NCBI GenBank assembly: GCA_020845775.1
Contig: JADLFC010000116.1
Span: 7,710-71,709, forward strand
Direction: 5' to 3'
Source of the DNA: Deltaproteobacteria bacterium
GTDB taxonomy: Bacteria > Bdellovibrionota_C > UBA2361 > SZUA-149 > JADLFC01
DNA length: 64,000 bases
The notes under the pieces are model-generated. The model did not search any database, was not told the DNA's origin, and worked only from the letters and a program-made list of their open reading frames with translations. This document shows, in pieces, positions 29,737-39,673 of the stretch. The position numbers and the translations under genes were made by a program. The first letter of the stretch is position 1, and every line of letters starts with the position of its first letter.

Positions 29737-30895
29737 AAGCCTTGCGCCGTAGCAATTCTAGTTTCTTTTTCTCCTCCTCGTCCAAGTGCAAGCCGCCACT
29801 TCCGGTATTCATATTTATGACGCAATCCTCATAAAGCCCATAGGCAAGTCTTGCTTCCGGACTCTCTGGAAATTCGCGTATGGTTTGTTCCAAATATAAA
29901 CGCCCCATTGCATCAAAAGAAAATATCGGTATGTGCGAATATGCCAAGGCCAATAAATAGGTAGAGCGGCGACGTGCCTTCGGTGGGATATCGCCCTGCA
30001 AGTACTTGTGCAAAATAGAGCTAGCTTTAAGAGTAGAGACGAGATTTAGCTCATCTCTAATTAACGACGGATCGTCAATCTGCACCGATCTCAAAAGCTC
30101 GGCCGCTCTAGCAAGTTCATCAGTCTTAGGATGTTCGCGCCCAAAATGTTCATGCTTGGACAAGTCCATCAATGTTTTTACCCAAGAATTAATGACTTCC
30201 TTGCTCCTCTCCTCAACACGCGTGGACACTAAAAAGGATTTTAACTCTTTAGCTGCCTCATCCGGCCTGTTTTTAACCCTTACTTGGACTAAAATCCAAA
30301 GTTTTAACGCCGTAAGCATATCTTCCTCAATCGCAGTGGTCAGGCTTACTTCTTTTGCCAGAGCGAGCAAGTTCTCGCTAGCGCTGTCGAACTGCCTAGA
30401 CGCCAGCAAAAATTCGCCGTATGCGAGTTTTTCGCTAAAAGTATCCCCCTTCGACAGCGGAACCTTTCCAAAAAAATCTAAGGAAACTTCATAGCGCGAA
30501 TGACAGGCGGTGCAATTTGTAGTCAAGGCTCTGAGCTGCCAGGCTGCATAATCCTTTGCACCAGCGGCAAATCTCTTGCGAATATCCAGCAGCATTTCTT
30601 GCTGAATTTCCAAGCTTATGCGGAAACCCGGTTCGAACATTTCGACAGGAGTAACTCTTTCTGCGCGATGGAAATCTTCATCTAGCCGCTCTAGCAATCC
30701 TAGAATTGAGTCCCGATTTTCTTCCTTGCTAAACTCCTCCGGCGACCATACGTAACTATAAAGCCTCAACACAGCCTGATAAACATCTTGCATCTCCGAG
30801 CGCAAATTGGCTTGGCCAACTCTCTTGGCGCAGGCAACGCTAAAGAGCAACAACAGCAGGATAGCTAAATAGAAAACAAAGGCGAATCGTTGCAT
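29684..30895 (-). CDS. Helical (TPR-like) secreted or lipoprotein with a single CXXCH motif. The ORF extends to 30919; the start at 30895 (MQRF) is preferred
   Basis: Signal peptide with LFSVAC lipobox-like cysteine; NCTACHSRYE contains a heme-c binding CXXCH; lies between mlaC and the kinase gene. Confidence 0.45.
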   Translation of the reverse strand: MQRFAFVFYLAILLLLLFSVACAKRVGQANLRSEMQDVYQAVLRLYSYVWSPEEFSKEENRDSILGLLERLDEDFHRAERVTPVEMFEPGFRISLEIQQEMLLDIRKRFAAGAKDYAAWQLRALTTNCTACHSRYEVSLDFFGKVPLSKGDTFSEKLAYGEFLLASRQFDSASENLLALAKEVSLTTAIEEDMLTALKLWILVQVRVKNRPDEAAKELKSFLVSTRVEERSKEVINSWVKTLMDLSKHEHFGREHPKTDELARAAELLRSVQIDDPSLIRDELNLVSTLKASSILHKYLQGDIPPKARRRSTYLLALAYSHIPIFSFDAMGRLYLEQTIREFPESPEARLAYGLYEDCVINMNTGSGGLHLDEEEKKKLELLRRKAFGAAELVMPDTLPDATD

Positions 30896-30983
30896 AATAC
30901 AGCTTTTATTTCCGAGCATAGCTTACCCCTTTGTTGTGCAAACTAGCCATTTATAAATGGCCTTTCTTGTTAAACCATTAAAC

Positions 30984-31583
30984 CTATTCGGCACTTTTTT
31001 CTCGGAGTTTTGCAAGCAGGCCAGAAAATTGATCCTTTCGAATAACTCCTGAAAACTCGTTGCGATAATTGCTAACTAGACTAATATTCTCAATCACCAC
31101 GTCATATACACGCCAGACATCCTGGTTTCGACGCATTCTATAGTAAATTGGCACCTCGTTATCATCTATTCTCACCATTGTCTTTACTAATGCCTGTTTC
31201 CCATTGGTCTTTTCATCTAGATACTTAACTTCACTGCGGTCGACATCCTTAATCCTATTGAGATAAGTATTTGAAAGCAGCTCGCTAAACAAAGATACAA
31301 ACTCTCTCCTCTCTTCAACAGTGCCCTTTGCCCAGTGGCTCCCTATAGAACGTCGAGACATTTCCTCAAAATCAAATACTGGAAGTATTATCTCGCGCAG
31401 TTGTTTATCGAGTTCGCTATCAGAAACCTTGCCTTTAGTAGACAGTACTTCCGCACGTACTTTTTCAATAGTTTCGCGCACTATCTTCGTGGGCACCTCT
31501 GCAGCCAAAACTACAGACAGAGGCAGAAGTGCCAATACCCCAACAAGCAAAAATGCAGTTATCCAACGATTAAACACTCTCAC
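30984..31583 (-). CDS. mlaC: Phospholipid-binding protein MlaC (Tgt2/Ttg2D family)
   Basis: 199 aa with a signal peptide; positioned after mlaD in the Mla operon; Ttg2D-like helical/NTF2 pattern. Confidence 0.7.
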   Translation of the reverse strand: MRVFNRWITAFLLVGVLALLPLSVVLAAEVPTKIVRETIEKVRAEVLSTKGKVSDSELDKQLREIILPVFDFEEMSRRSIGSHWAKGTVEERREFVSLFSELLSNTYLNRIKDVDRSEVKYLDEKTNGKQALVKTMVRIDDNEVPIYYRMRRNQDVWRVYDVVIENISLVSNYRNEFSGVIRKDQFSGLLAKLREKSAE

Positions 31584-32056
31584 TCCAATTTGTGAATGAA
31601 CTTTCCAATTATGTCTTCCATTTCGACAACAGACTCTGTGTCGACTATCTGATCTCCTGGTCGAATAACTTCCTCCGAACCCCCAGCAGTAATTTTAACA
31701 TACTTCTCACCAATGATTCCCTTGGTGCGTATAGCCGCTATATCGTCATCGCGCAGCTTAACGCCTTCTTTAATGCGCATTTCCACAAGAGCAGACGTGT
31801 TTTTTAGCTCGATACTGCTCACTTGGCCTATAGGAACGCCAGCAATTTCTACCTGAGCACCTGGTTCCAGACCTGAAATGTTGTCGAATTCCGCACTTAC
31901 CAGATAGTGTCCTCGATCAAGAAACTCCATTCCAGCAATGTTAATTGCCAAGTAACCAAAACAGGCTAACCCCACTATTGCAAAAAGCCCAACATAAAGC
32001 TCAACAGTAAATGTGCGCTTTGGTACAATAAATTCGCTATCGCTCTTTTCGCTCAC
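31580..32056 (-). CDS. mlaD: MCE-domain protein MlaD
   Basis: N-terminal transmembrane helix followed by the MCE core YLVSAEFDNISGLEPGAQVEIAGVPIGQV. Confidence 0.8.
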   Translation of the reverse strand: MSEKSDSEFIVPKRTFTVELYVGLFAIVGLACFGYLAINIAGMEFLDRGHYLVSAEFDNISGLEPGAQVEIAGVPIGQVSSIELKNTSALVEMRIKEGVKLRDDDIAAIRTKGIIGEKYVKITAGGSEEVIRPGDQIVDTESVVEMEDIIGKFIHKLE

Positions 32057-32088
32057 GCTACCTCACTATTTTTCTCACTCGGCATAAA

Positions 32089-32838
32089 TCAAGAAATAGA
32101 GATCGGACCATTTACCTCACCTGCTCTAAACTGCATTGTCACAGGATTAGCAGATGATAAAAACTCCTCTACGCTACCCTTATCCGATATAACACCGCCA
32201 TACATCATAGCTACCCTAGAACACACTTGAAACACCTCCGGTATCTCATGGCTAATTACGATTCCCGTAAATCTGTTCCTCTTTTGCGTTTCTTTAATCA
32301 AGTCATAAATACCCTGACCAGTCTCTGGATCCAAACCAGTATTTGGCTCATCGAAAAGCAATATGTCTGGCTGCATACTTAAGGCCCGCGCAATTCCAAC
32401 GCGCTTTCTCATGCCAATAGACACCTCGCCAGGCAAAGCAAGCTCATGCCCTAACAATCCTACAGACTCCAGATGAGCTAGAACCCGCTGGCTAATCTCT
32501 CTCTCGCCATATTTTGTATGGTAGCGCAGTGGAAAAGCCACATTTTCATATAAATTCAGCGAATCAAACAACGCCGCATTCTGAAAAAGCACTCCCATTC
32601 TTTTTAGTATTTCTTGCCTCTCAGAACTAGTGCGAATTTTTGCAATATCCCTTCCATCAACTACTACTTCGCCTTTATCCGCCTGTAGGAATCCAGCGAT
32701 AATCTTTAAAAGAACGCTCTTCCCAGTTCCACTAGGGCCAACAATAGCAATTGTCTCACCAGTTGGGACTTCGAGATCTAAGCCACGCAAAACCTGGTTC
32801 GAGCCAAAACGCTTATGCAGTCCTCTAATTAGTATCAA
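32089..32838 (-). CDS. mlaF: ABC transporter ATP-binding protein MlaF
   Basis: Walker A GPSGTGKS; ABC signature SIGMRKRVGIARAL; Walker B ILLFDEP. Confidence 0.8.
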   Translation of the reverse strand: MILIRGLHKRFGSNQVLRGLDLEVPTGETIAIVGPSGTGKSVLLKIIAGFLQADKGEVVVDGRDIAKIRTSSERQEILKRMGVLFQNAALFDSLNLYENVAFPLRYHTKYGEREISQRVLAHLESVGLLGHELALPGEVSIGMRKRVGIARALSMQPDILLFDEPNTGLDPETGQGIYDLIKETQKRNRFTGIVISHEIPEVFQVCSRVAMMYGGVISDKGSVEEFLSSANPVTMQFRAGEVNGPISIS

Positions 32839-33626
32839 AGAAATACCTGCGTCATGATAGAAGTCAAGAAGTAATCCAGCACTAAAATCACTACTGAAGA
32901 AGTAACTACAGCACTAGTCGTAGCACGGTTTACCCCCACGGCACCAAAGCCACAAGTCCATCCTTTGTAGCACGATATCCAAGAAAAACAGAGGCCAAAA
33001 AAAATAGATTTGACTAAGCCAGATATAACATCTACATCCTTAACTGCGTGTGCCATTTCAGAGATAAAAGTTCCCGACGCTAAACCCAAATTGTGAACGC
33101 CGATAAAGTATCCACCGGCAATGCCGACGATATTAAAAATGGAAGTCAACAATGGAACCGAAATAACTCCTGCTATTATACGCGGCACCATTAGATAGCG
33201 CATTGGATCGACTGCCATCGATCGCAAAGCATCAACTTGCTCTGTAATCTTCATTATTCCAAGCTCAGCAGTCATAGCACTACCTGCTCGGCCGTTAACC
33301 ATTAGCGCTGTAAGAACTGGCCCTAGCTCCCTGATTAAACTCAAAGCAACTGCCGAGCCGGTATAGGCCGTAGCGCCAAACTTAGACAAGGTATACTCGC
33401 CCTGAACAGCTAAAACAGCCCCTGTAAAAATACCTACAAGAGATACTACCGCAATGGACTGAACGCCGATTGCATTAAGCTGCTGAAATATTAGATTGAG
33501 GTTAAAAGGAGGCGTAAATGCACGAGCAACTACTTGGGCTAAGAAAACCCAGGTAGCACCAAAGTCTCTTGTCCCATCTAAGACCCCCCTACCAACTCGC
33601 TGCACCCAAGAAATGAAATTATTCAT
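32835..33626 (-). CDS. mlaE: ABC transporter permease MlaE
   Basis: 263-aa polytopic MlaE/Ttg2B-type permease; 4-nt overlap with mlaF. Confidence 0.8.
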   Translation of the reverse strand: MNNFISWVQRVGRGVLDGTRDFGATWVFLAQVVARAFTPPFNLNLIFQQLNAIGVQSIAVVSLVGIFTGAVLAVQGEYTLSKFGATAYTGSAVALSLIRELGPVLTALMVNGRAGSAMTAELGIMKITEQVDALRSMAVDPMRYLMVPRIIAGVISVPLLTSIFNIVGIAGGYFIGVHNLGLASGTFISEMAHAVKDVDVISGLVKSIFFGLCFSWISCYKGWTCGFGAVGVNRATTSAVVTSSVVILVLDYFLTSIMTQVFL

Positions 33627-33711
33627 GCCTTCTCATACCTCGAGTCCGCTGCCTCTTCAAGCAATGCGCAATATCTAACAGACCTACTAAGTTTTTTATT
33701 GGAGCTCACGA

Positions 33712-34335
33712 TCATTTCCTAGCAATTAGATAAAACTCCTTAGACGTTTTCTTACTAGCTTTTAACTCTACTCGCCTAATATTGGGGAAGGATAGTTTTA
33801 ATTGCCTATACAATTCGTCACTTTCCTGTCCAGGGAAAATTTTCGCAACGACCGTCCCTCCAGCCTTGAGAAACTCGCTCGCTAGCTGAAACGTAGCTTC
33901 CACCAGTTTTACAGACATCATTACATCCCTATCTCGAATACCAGAAAGATTAGGACTCATGTCACTTAGAACTACATCCACTTTCCCGCCAAATTCTTGT
34001 ACTGCAGCGCCGCAAATTGCCGAGCTTAAAATATCTCCCACTATTACAACTGGTTTGGCAGAGATACACTCGTAAGATCCTGCGATCTCATTTGCTTTAA
34101 ACTCCGGCACGGGCTTTAGATCCACCCCTACGACCTTTCCCTTTGGCCCCACTCTGCTGGCTGCCACTTGCAACCATCCACCAGGCGAGCATCCTAGATC
34201 TAAAACCAAACCTCCGAGCTTTAAGAAATGATACTTGTCATCGAGCTCCTCTAACTTATAAGCAGCGCGAGAACGGTAACCCTCTTGTTTAGCCTTGTGA
34301 AACAGATGATCTTTTACGCGGTATTTTCCTGACAT
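33712..34335 (-). CDS. rlmE: 23S rRNA (uridine2552-2'-O)-methyltransferase RlmE (FtsJ)
   Basis: SRAAYKLEEL...VLDLGCSPGGWLQVA; K-D-K-E catalytic-type motifs DVVLSDMSPN. Confidence 0.85.
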   Translation of the reverse strand: MSGKYRVKDHLFHKAKQEGYRSRAAYKLEELDDKYHFLKLGGLVLDLGCSPGGWLQVAASRVGPKGKVVGVDLKPVPEFKANEIAGSYECISAKPVVIVGDILSSAICGAAVQEFGGKVDVVLSDMSPNLSGIRDRDVMMSVKLVEATFQLASEFLKAGGTVVAKIFPGQESDELYRQLKLSFPNIRRVELKASKKTSKEFYLIARK

Positions 34336-34864
34336 ATTGTTGCCAAATAATTTCCTTGACGCGTTTCTATAATTTTTCTATACAACAACAATAGAAACAC
34401 TGCTTTTGTCTATCGAAAAAACCCTGACAAACGACAAAGGCAAACATAGTAAACAATAAACAGAGGAAACAAATAGAGGAAACATGAGCTTATTACAAAC
34501 AGTACAAGGAGACCCCATAATTACGCTTGAGTTGCTGATGCTAGTTCTCTCGCTTTGCTACCTTTGGAAGATAACCTTTAGCAAGGATGTAAGCAATCGT
34601 GCTAGCAGGACAGCAACGAGCCATATACAAACAGATGGACATACAGCTTCTTTAGAATTTTCCACTAACCACTACAGATCAATCCATGAGCCAATAGCAG
34701 TGCTGTTTGAAGTCGGTAGCTTAATTTCTCTTCCTAAAAGATCTCTAAAAAAACAAGCAGCCAGGACAATTGCATTGCGCGCTCGAGCAAGCTAATAGTA
34801 GTGACATAAGAGCTACTGGCCAAAAGACTGTGAGCTCTAGGTGTAACATAATTAGCGCGGCGCG

Positions 34865-36913
34865 ATGGAGCAAAAACAGCACTTACAGGATCTAAATCCT
34901 CAACAACTAGAAGCGGTGAGCCACGGAGAAGGCCCATTGCTAATCTTTGCGGGAGCTGGGAGTGGCAAAACTAGAGTCCTGACTAGACGCATTGCCAATC
35001 TAGTAATAGAGCATGGAGTATCACCAGGTGAAATATTTGCCGTAACATTTACCAACAAGGCTGCTAACGAGATGAAGCACAGGGTTTGCTCGTTATTTAG
35101 CACGTCTGGCAATAATTTGTGGGTTTCAACTTTTCACTCTAGTTGTGCAAGACTGCTGCGTTCCCACGCAGAGTTGCTCGACTTTACGCCAAATTTTGCT
35201 ATTTACGATGCTAGCGACGCACTCTCACTCTTAAAACGCGTCTATAAGAAGTTAAACATAGATCCAAAAATCGTCGATCCGAGACAGGTAGCTCACCGCA
35301 TTGATAGAGCAAAAAACCAATACATGTTTCCAGACGATCTCATCTCAGACAAGTATACGCCTAGGCCTATCGCGGAGTTAACCGCAACTATATATCGGCA
35401 ATATCAAAAGGAATTACTTAGCGCTAATGCCATGGATTTTGGCGATTTAATCTGCAATGTCGTAACGCTGTTTAAGTTAGAGCCGACATTGTTGCAGCAG
35501 TATCAGAATAAATTTCGCCATATACTGATAGACGAGTATCAAGACACAAATAAAGTTCAATACCTCCTAATAAGAATGCTCGCAGAAAAGCATCAAAATA
35601 TCTGCGTAGTAGGCGACGACGATCAATCGATTTACGCATTTCGCGGAGCCACGATAGAAAACATTTTAAACTTTAGAAAAGATTTTCCTAACGCCAAAGT
35701 AGTTACACTAGAAAACAATTATCGCTCTACGCAAAATATCCTAAAAGCTGCCAACGCAGTAATTGCGCGAAACAGGACTCGACAAAAAAAAACTCTGAGA
35801 ACCACCAACCCTGCTGGCAAAGCTGTTTCCTTTAGCACTTCATACGACGAGGTCGAAGAAGCCAATTTTGTAACTCGTGAAATCCTGACTTTGCGCAGAC
35901 AGGGCTTGCCCATTTCAGAAATCGCCATTTTCTATAGAACCAATGCTCAGTCTCGCGCAGTAGAAGAGATGCTCATAGCAAACAATATCCCATACGAAAT
36001 TTATGGAGGCCACAAGTTTTACGACCGAAAGGAAATTAAAGACATAATGGCTTACTTTCGCCTCACTCTTAACCCAAACGACAACGAGGCTTTTCTGCGA
36101 ATAGTAAACACTCCTACGCGCGGACTAGGCGCAACTTCGGTTAGCGCCCTAATTTTATTTGCCAATAATTTAAATCTTTCGCTCTATAATGCATTAGAAA
36201 AGGCAATAACCGATGGGGCTCCATTTTTAAACAATTCGAGCCGAATAAAGTTCAGTGCTTTTTTTGAACTTTTAGCAGAATTAAAGGAGGATAGCATTCG
36301 CACTGACAAAATTCTCTCGACGACAAGTAACTCTCACTCGCACGATTCAAAAATACAGGCCATGGCGAAGTTCCTGCACGACATAGCCATAAAAACTTCT
36401 TACATTCAAAGTTTAAAAAACGAAGATACTCCTGAGGCAGAAGCACGCCTAGAAAATATCTCCGAGCTATGCAACGTAGGAGCTGAGTTTGTAAAAACTG
36501 CGTTAATGGAGAACGTCGATGTGCGGTTAAATCATTTTATCGACAGAACTAGTCTCGCCTCTGATCTCGACAAGGAAAACACCAAAGCACAGCAAATCCG
36601 CGGCCAAGAAAAGCCCAAAGAACACGTCTCGCTCATGACATTGCACCTGGCTAAGGGCCTTGAATTTGACGTTGTGTTTATGCTTGGCATGGAAGAGGGT
36701 TTACTGCCACATATTCGCTCTTTAGCGAGCGACCATGAGGTAGAAGAAGAGCGGCGGCTATGTTATGTCGGAATGACGCGCGCTCGCAAACAGCTCTACA
36801 TGACGCGCGCAAAATCTAGGCAAACCTTTGGCCGCGGAAACTGGGGCTACACTGACGTATCGCGCTTTGTCGAAGATTTGCCAACTGATGTAGTAAGGGG
36901 ATCGATTTATTAA
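34865..36913 (+). CDS. uvrD: ATP-dependent DNA helicase, UvrD/PcrA family
   Basis: LNPQQLEAV...LLIFAGAGSGKTRVLTRRIANL; helicase motifs II ILIDEYQDTN, and V/VI VGMTRARK. Confidence 0.88.
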   Translation: MEQKQHLQDLNPQQLEAVSHGEGPLLIFAGAGSGKTRVLTRRIANLVIEHGVSPGEIFAVTFTNKAANEMKHRVCSLFSTSGNNLWVSTFHSSCARLLRSHAELLDFTPNFAIYDASDALSLLKRVYKKLNIDPKIVDPRQVAHRIDRAKNQYMFPDDLISDKYTPRPIAELTATIYRQYQKELLSANAMDFGDLICNVVTLFKLEPTLLQQYQNKFRHILIDEYQDTNKVQYLLIRMLAEKHQNICVVGDDDQSIYAFRGATIENILNFRKDFPNAKVVTLENNYRSTQNILKAANAVIARNRTRQKKTLRTTNPAGKAVSFSTSYDEVEEANFVTREILTLRRQGLPISEIAIFYRTNAQSRAVEEMLIANNIPYEIYGGHKFYDRKEIKDIMAYFRLTLNPNDNEAFLRIVNTPTRGLGATSVSALILFANNLNLSLYNALEKAITDGAPFLNNSSRIKFSAFFELLAELKEDSIRTDKILSTTSNSHSHDSKIQAMAKFLHDIAIKTSYIQSLKNEDTPEAEARLENISELCNVGAEFVKTALMENVDVRLNHFIDRTSLASDLDKENTKAQQIRGQEKPKEHVSLMTLHLAKGLEFDVVFMLGMEEGLLPHIRSLASDHEVEEERRLCYVGMTRARKQLYMTRAKSRQTFGRGNWGYTDVSRFVEDLPTDVVRGSIY

Positions 36914-36928
36914 AGAAAACTTCTTAGC

Positions 36929-38188
36929 TCAATTAGCAAAAACCTCCTCATACACATCTAAATATCTTCGAATCAAATTGCGAGGGGAGTATTTTGTTTC
37001 GACTAGCTTGCGAGCATTGTCGCGTATAGTCGATGACAGCGACGCATCACAGCATAGCTCTACTGCCCTTTCTGCCATCTTCTCCCATGCGCCTACAGGA
37101 AACAGAAATCCACTTTCCCCATCAACAATCAGCTCAGGTATTCCACCGACTTCTGTTGCGAGACAAACAGCTCCGGACGCCATTCCCTCTAACAAGACCA
37201 AAGGGAACGCTTCCATCTCGGACGGCAAAAAAAGCATATCGGCAATGCCCAATATGCGCTCTACGGCTGCAACTGGCTCAATATCTATAATCCACGGCGA
37301 AACTCCCAAGTTGTGAGCTAATTCTAAGCAACCATCTTTTTCGGGACCTTCCCCCACTAATATTAACCGCGCTTGAGTTTTTTCGAGCAGCTTCGCGAAT
37401 ACACGGATCACATCTGGCGAGCGCTTAACAGCTCTAAAATTTGAAACATGCACGCAAATAGTTTCATAGGGATGGGCATATTTCAGTCGTTCGTCGGGAT
37501 CTGCAATTCTCACAAAACGCGTCGGATCAACCCAGTTTGGTATTACAGATATTGGCCTAGTTATCGAAAAATTATTTTGTGCCTCGCGAACAAGAAATTG
37601 ACATACAGCAGTTACTCCATCTGAAGCCTCAATTGCGTGCTTTGTTGTAAAGAAAAAAGCAGCGTCAGGACCGACCTTTGTAATATCAGTGCCATGCAAA
37701 GTAGTTACAACACGACAATTAATGCCGCTATCGCGCGCTAAAAGGGCAGATGTCGCATGTGGAATAACATAATGAGCATTTACCAATTCGATACCATATT
37801 CAGCAATTAGCTTAGCTAGAGTATTCGCCGCTCTAAGAGTTGGAAAAGAACATTTATCAAAGAGCGGATAATCGAAGCTCAACAGCTCATGAAAATGGAG
37901 TTGCAACTTCCTATCTACGTGTGAGTAAGAAGCAAATAACCTCGAAAAGCTACTGTGGACGATTTCAAACAATTGTCCCCAAAACGATTGTTCGGGCGGC
38001 GCCTCACCGAGATCGCAGTATATAGCATTCTCGTCCACCTCCTCCATGCGAAAAGGCTTGCGATCTCCAATAATATGCACTTCATGCCCTAGCTGACTTA
38101 GTCCGAAGGCAAGTTCAGTAGCAAGAACTCCTGAGCCACCAGGCGAAGAGTGACAAAGAATTGCTATCTTCACACCCTTCTCTCCCAA
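36929..38188 (-). CDS. GT4 glycosyltransferase, BshA/MshA-like (N-acetylglucosaminyl-malate-synthase-like)
   Basis: N-terminus KIAILCHSSPGGSGVLATELAFGLSQLGHEVHIIG resembles BshA; EX7E-type C-terminal half; overlaps the PIG-L deacetylase gene upstream. Confidence 0.55.
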   Translation of the reverse strand: MGEKGVKIAILCHSSPGGSGVLATELAFGLSQLGHEVHIIGDRKPFRMEEVDENAIYCDLGEAPPEQSFWGQLFEIVHSSFSRLFASYSHVDRKLQLHFHELLSFDYPLFDKCSFPTLRAANTLAKLIAEYGIELVNAHYVIPHATSALLARDSGINCRVVTTLHGTDITKVGPDAAFFFTTKHAIEASDGVTAVCQFLVREAQNNFSITRPISVIPNWVDPTRFVRIADPDERLKYAHPYETICVHVSNFRAVKRSPDVIRVFAKLLEKTQARLILVGEGPEKDGCLELAHNLGVSPWIIDIEPVAAVERILGIADMLFLPSEMEAFPLVLLEGMASGAVCLATEVGGIPELIVDGESGFLFPVGAWEKMAERAVELCCDASLSSTIRDNARKLVETKYSPRNLIRRYLDVYEEVFAN

Positions 38189-38967
38189 TTGAAGAGCGCC
38201 ACGTCAGTGGAGTTCGAACGCGAATGCGCAATAATATCGTCAATTCGTAGCATAGTTCTCGACAGATATCCCTCTCCATATTCAACACCGATAAGAGCCC
38301 CTAAATGGGCGTCTCGTGCTCGAAACGCAGTAAGCGAAGTTTGCGACGATAAAAGCGTAGTTGCACCACCTTGGGGATATATTTGGCTGGCATAGCACTT
38401 AACAGCATCATATTTTTGCTCTATAAAGTCTGAAATGTCGACCACAAAGGAAGGAACAAACTCGGAGCGAAATTGGTACTGAAGTACTAGCTTTGGGCTA
38501 AATGGCGGAAGTGTCACGGCCTGATACTTAATGAGCCCTGCCATAAACAAGGCTCGATTAGTGATGTGACCTGCTTGAACGTGGTCTGGATGCCTATCGA
38601 CCGGATATGGAGTTACAATAACTTCAGGTCGAGTAGCGCGCAATACCTCAACCATCAAACTAACAGCCGAACCTTGATCCGTTCCGCTATGCTCAGAACA
38701 GGAATACTCATAAAAACTACAATTTGGCAAACTTAGGTTATACCTCCAATACAAATTGAGCACACTACTTGCATTTGCCGTCTCCTGCTGACGTTGCGCT
38801 ACTGTTCCGAAGGTACTTAGCTCGGCCTGACTTAAATCAAGTATTCCAACTCTATAGCCACAACTCGTCATCTTCAATATGAGACCACCACAAAATATCT
38901 CTGCATCATCTGGGTGTGGCGCAATGACCAGCATCTCAAGCGTCGAATCAGGCAATGTAAGCATCAC
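38170..38967 (-). CDS. PIG-L/LmbE-family N-acetylglucosaminyl deacetylase (BshB-like)
   Basis: Zinc-binding signature LVIAPHPDDAEIFCGG; HPDH motif further in. Confidence 0.65.
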   Translation of the reverse strand: MMLTLPDSTLEMLVIAPHPDDAEIFCGGLILKMTSCGYRVGILDLSQAELSTFGTVAQRQQETANASSVLNLYWRYNLSLPNCSFYEYSCSEHSGTDQGSAVSLMVEVLRATRPEVIVTPYPVDRHPDHVQAGHITNRALFMAGLIKYQAVTLPPFSPKLVLQYQFRSEFVPSFVVDISDFIEQKYDAVKCYASQIYPQGGATTLLSSQTSLTAFRARDAHLGALIGVEYGEGYLSRTMLRIDDIIAHSRSNSTDVALFNWERRV

Positions 38968-39034
38968 AAGGCACTCCTACATATTTTTTTGGCATATCTA
39001 TCGCACAATCAAAGGCTTGCCGTGAATCAATAAT

Positions 39035-39673
39035 TCACCGTTGCAAACGTTCCTTAGGTTTTTCATTCCACTTGTCAATCACCCAACCGTTAACAGAACT
39101 GTAAGTGAGTATTCCAATTGCACCAGTCGCTAGTTTTATAGCGTTTCTCGCCGCAAAAGCAGTAAAATTCCCAGCAATATGAGGCGCAAAGCGCCCTACC
39201 CCATTAGACGTTATGACTAAGACATTTCCCTTGGAGTAGTCTCTTAAAATTCGACTAGCGAAGTCACCCCAGTCATGAATTATCTTTTGTGGATCGACCT
39301 TCCAGCCCAGCGGCACTATTGCCCGCTCATCCCAATCAATTATCGCCTTCTTACCGATACGAGCGACTAGCTCTTCCTCTGTTTTATTTTCATCCGGCCC
39401 ATAATCAATTTCATTAAACATTTCATGCCTGATTATGGGAGCTGTCAACTCTGCCTCGGCCAAGGCGATTTCAGCCGTTTGAATTGTGCGCTTTAAATGA
39501 GAAGTGTAAACTACATCCGGCAATAAAGCGTTTTCTCTCAAATATGTTCCGATAGTTCGTGCTTGCTCAACACCTTTTTCTACCAAAGGCAAATCGGTGC
39601 TTACACCTATGCGCCGAGGAACTTCGCCTGGTCTAAATGTATTGCCATGACGTGCTATTGCAAGCGTTGTCAC
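39035..39673 (-). CDS. Histidine phosphatase family protein (phosphoglycerate-mutase-like)
   Basis: N-terminal catalytic RHG motif LAIARHGNT; branch-1 histidine phosphatase size of 212 aa. Confidence 0.6.
   Translation of the reverse strand: MTTLAIARHGNTFRPGEVPRRIGVSTDLPLVEKGVEQARTIGTYLRENALLPDVVYTSHLKRTIQTAEIALAEAELTAPIIRHEMFNEIDYGPDENKTEEELVARIGKKAIIDWDERAIVPLGWKVDPQKIIHDWGDFASRILRDYSKGNVLVITSNGVGRFAPHIAGNFTAFAARNAIKLATGAIGILTYSSVNGWVIDKWNEKPKERLQR

Noticed and set aside
34484-34795. 103-aa plus-strand ORF in the rlmE-uvrD intergenic region
   Set aside because: It has no recognisable motif and odd composition, and it lies in an A-rich low-complexity region. It is kept only as a note in the findings and not called as a gene.
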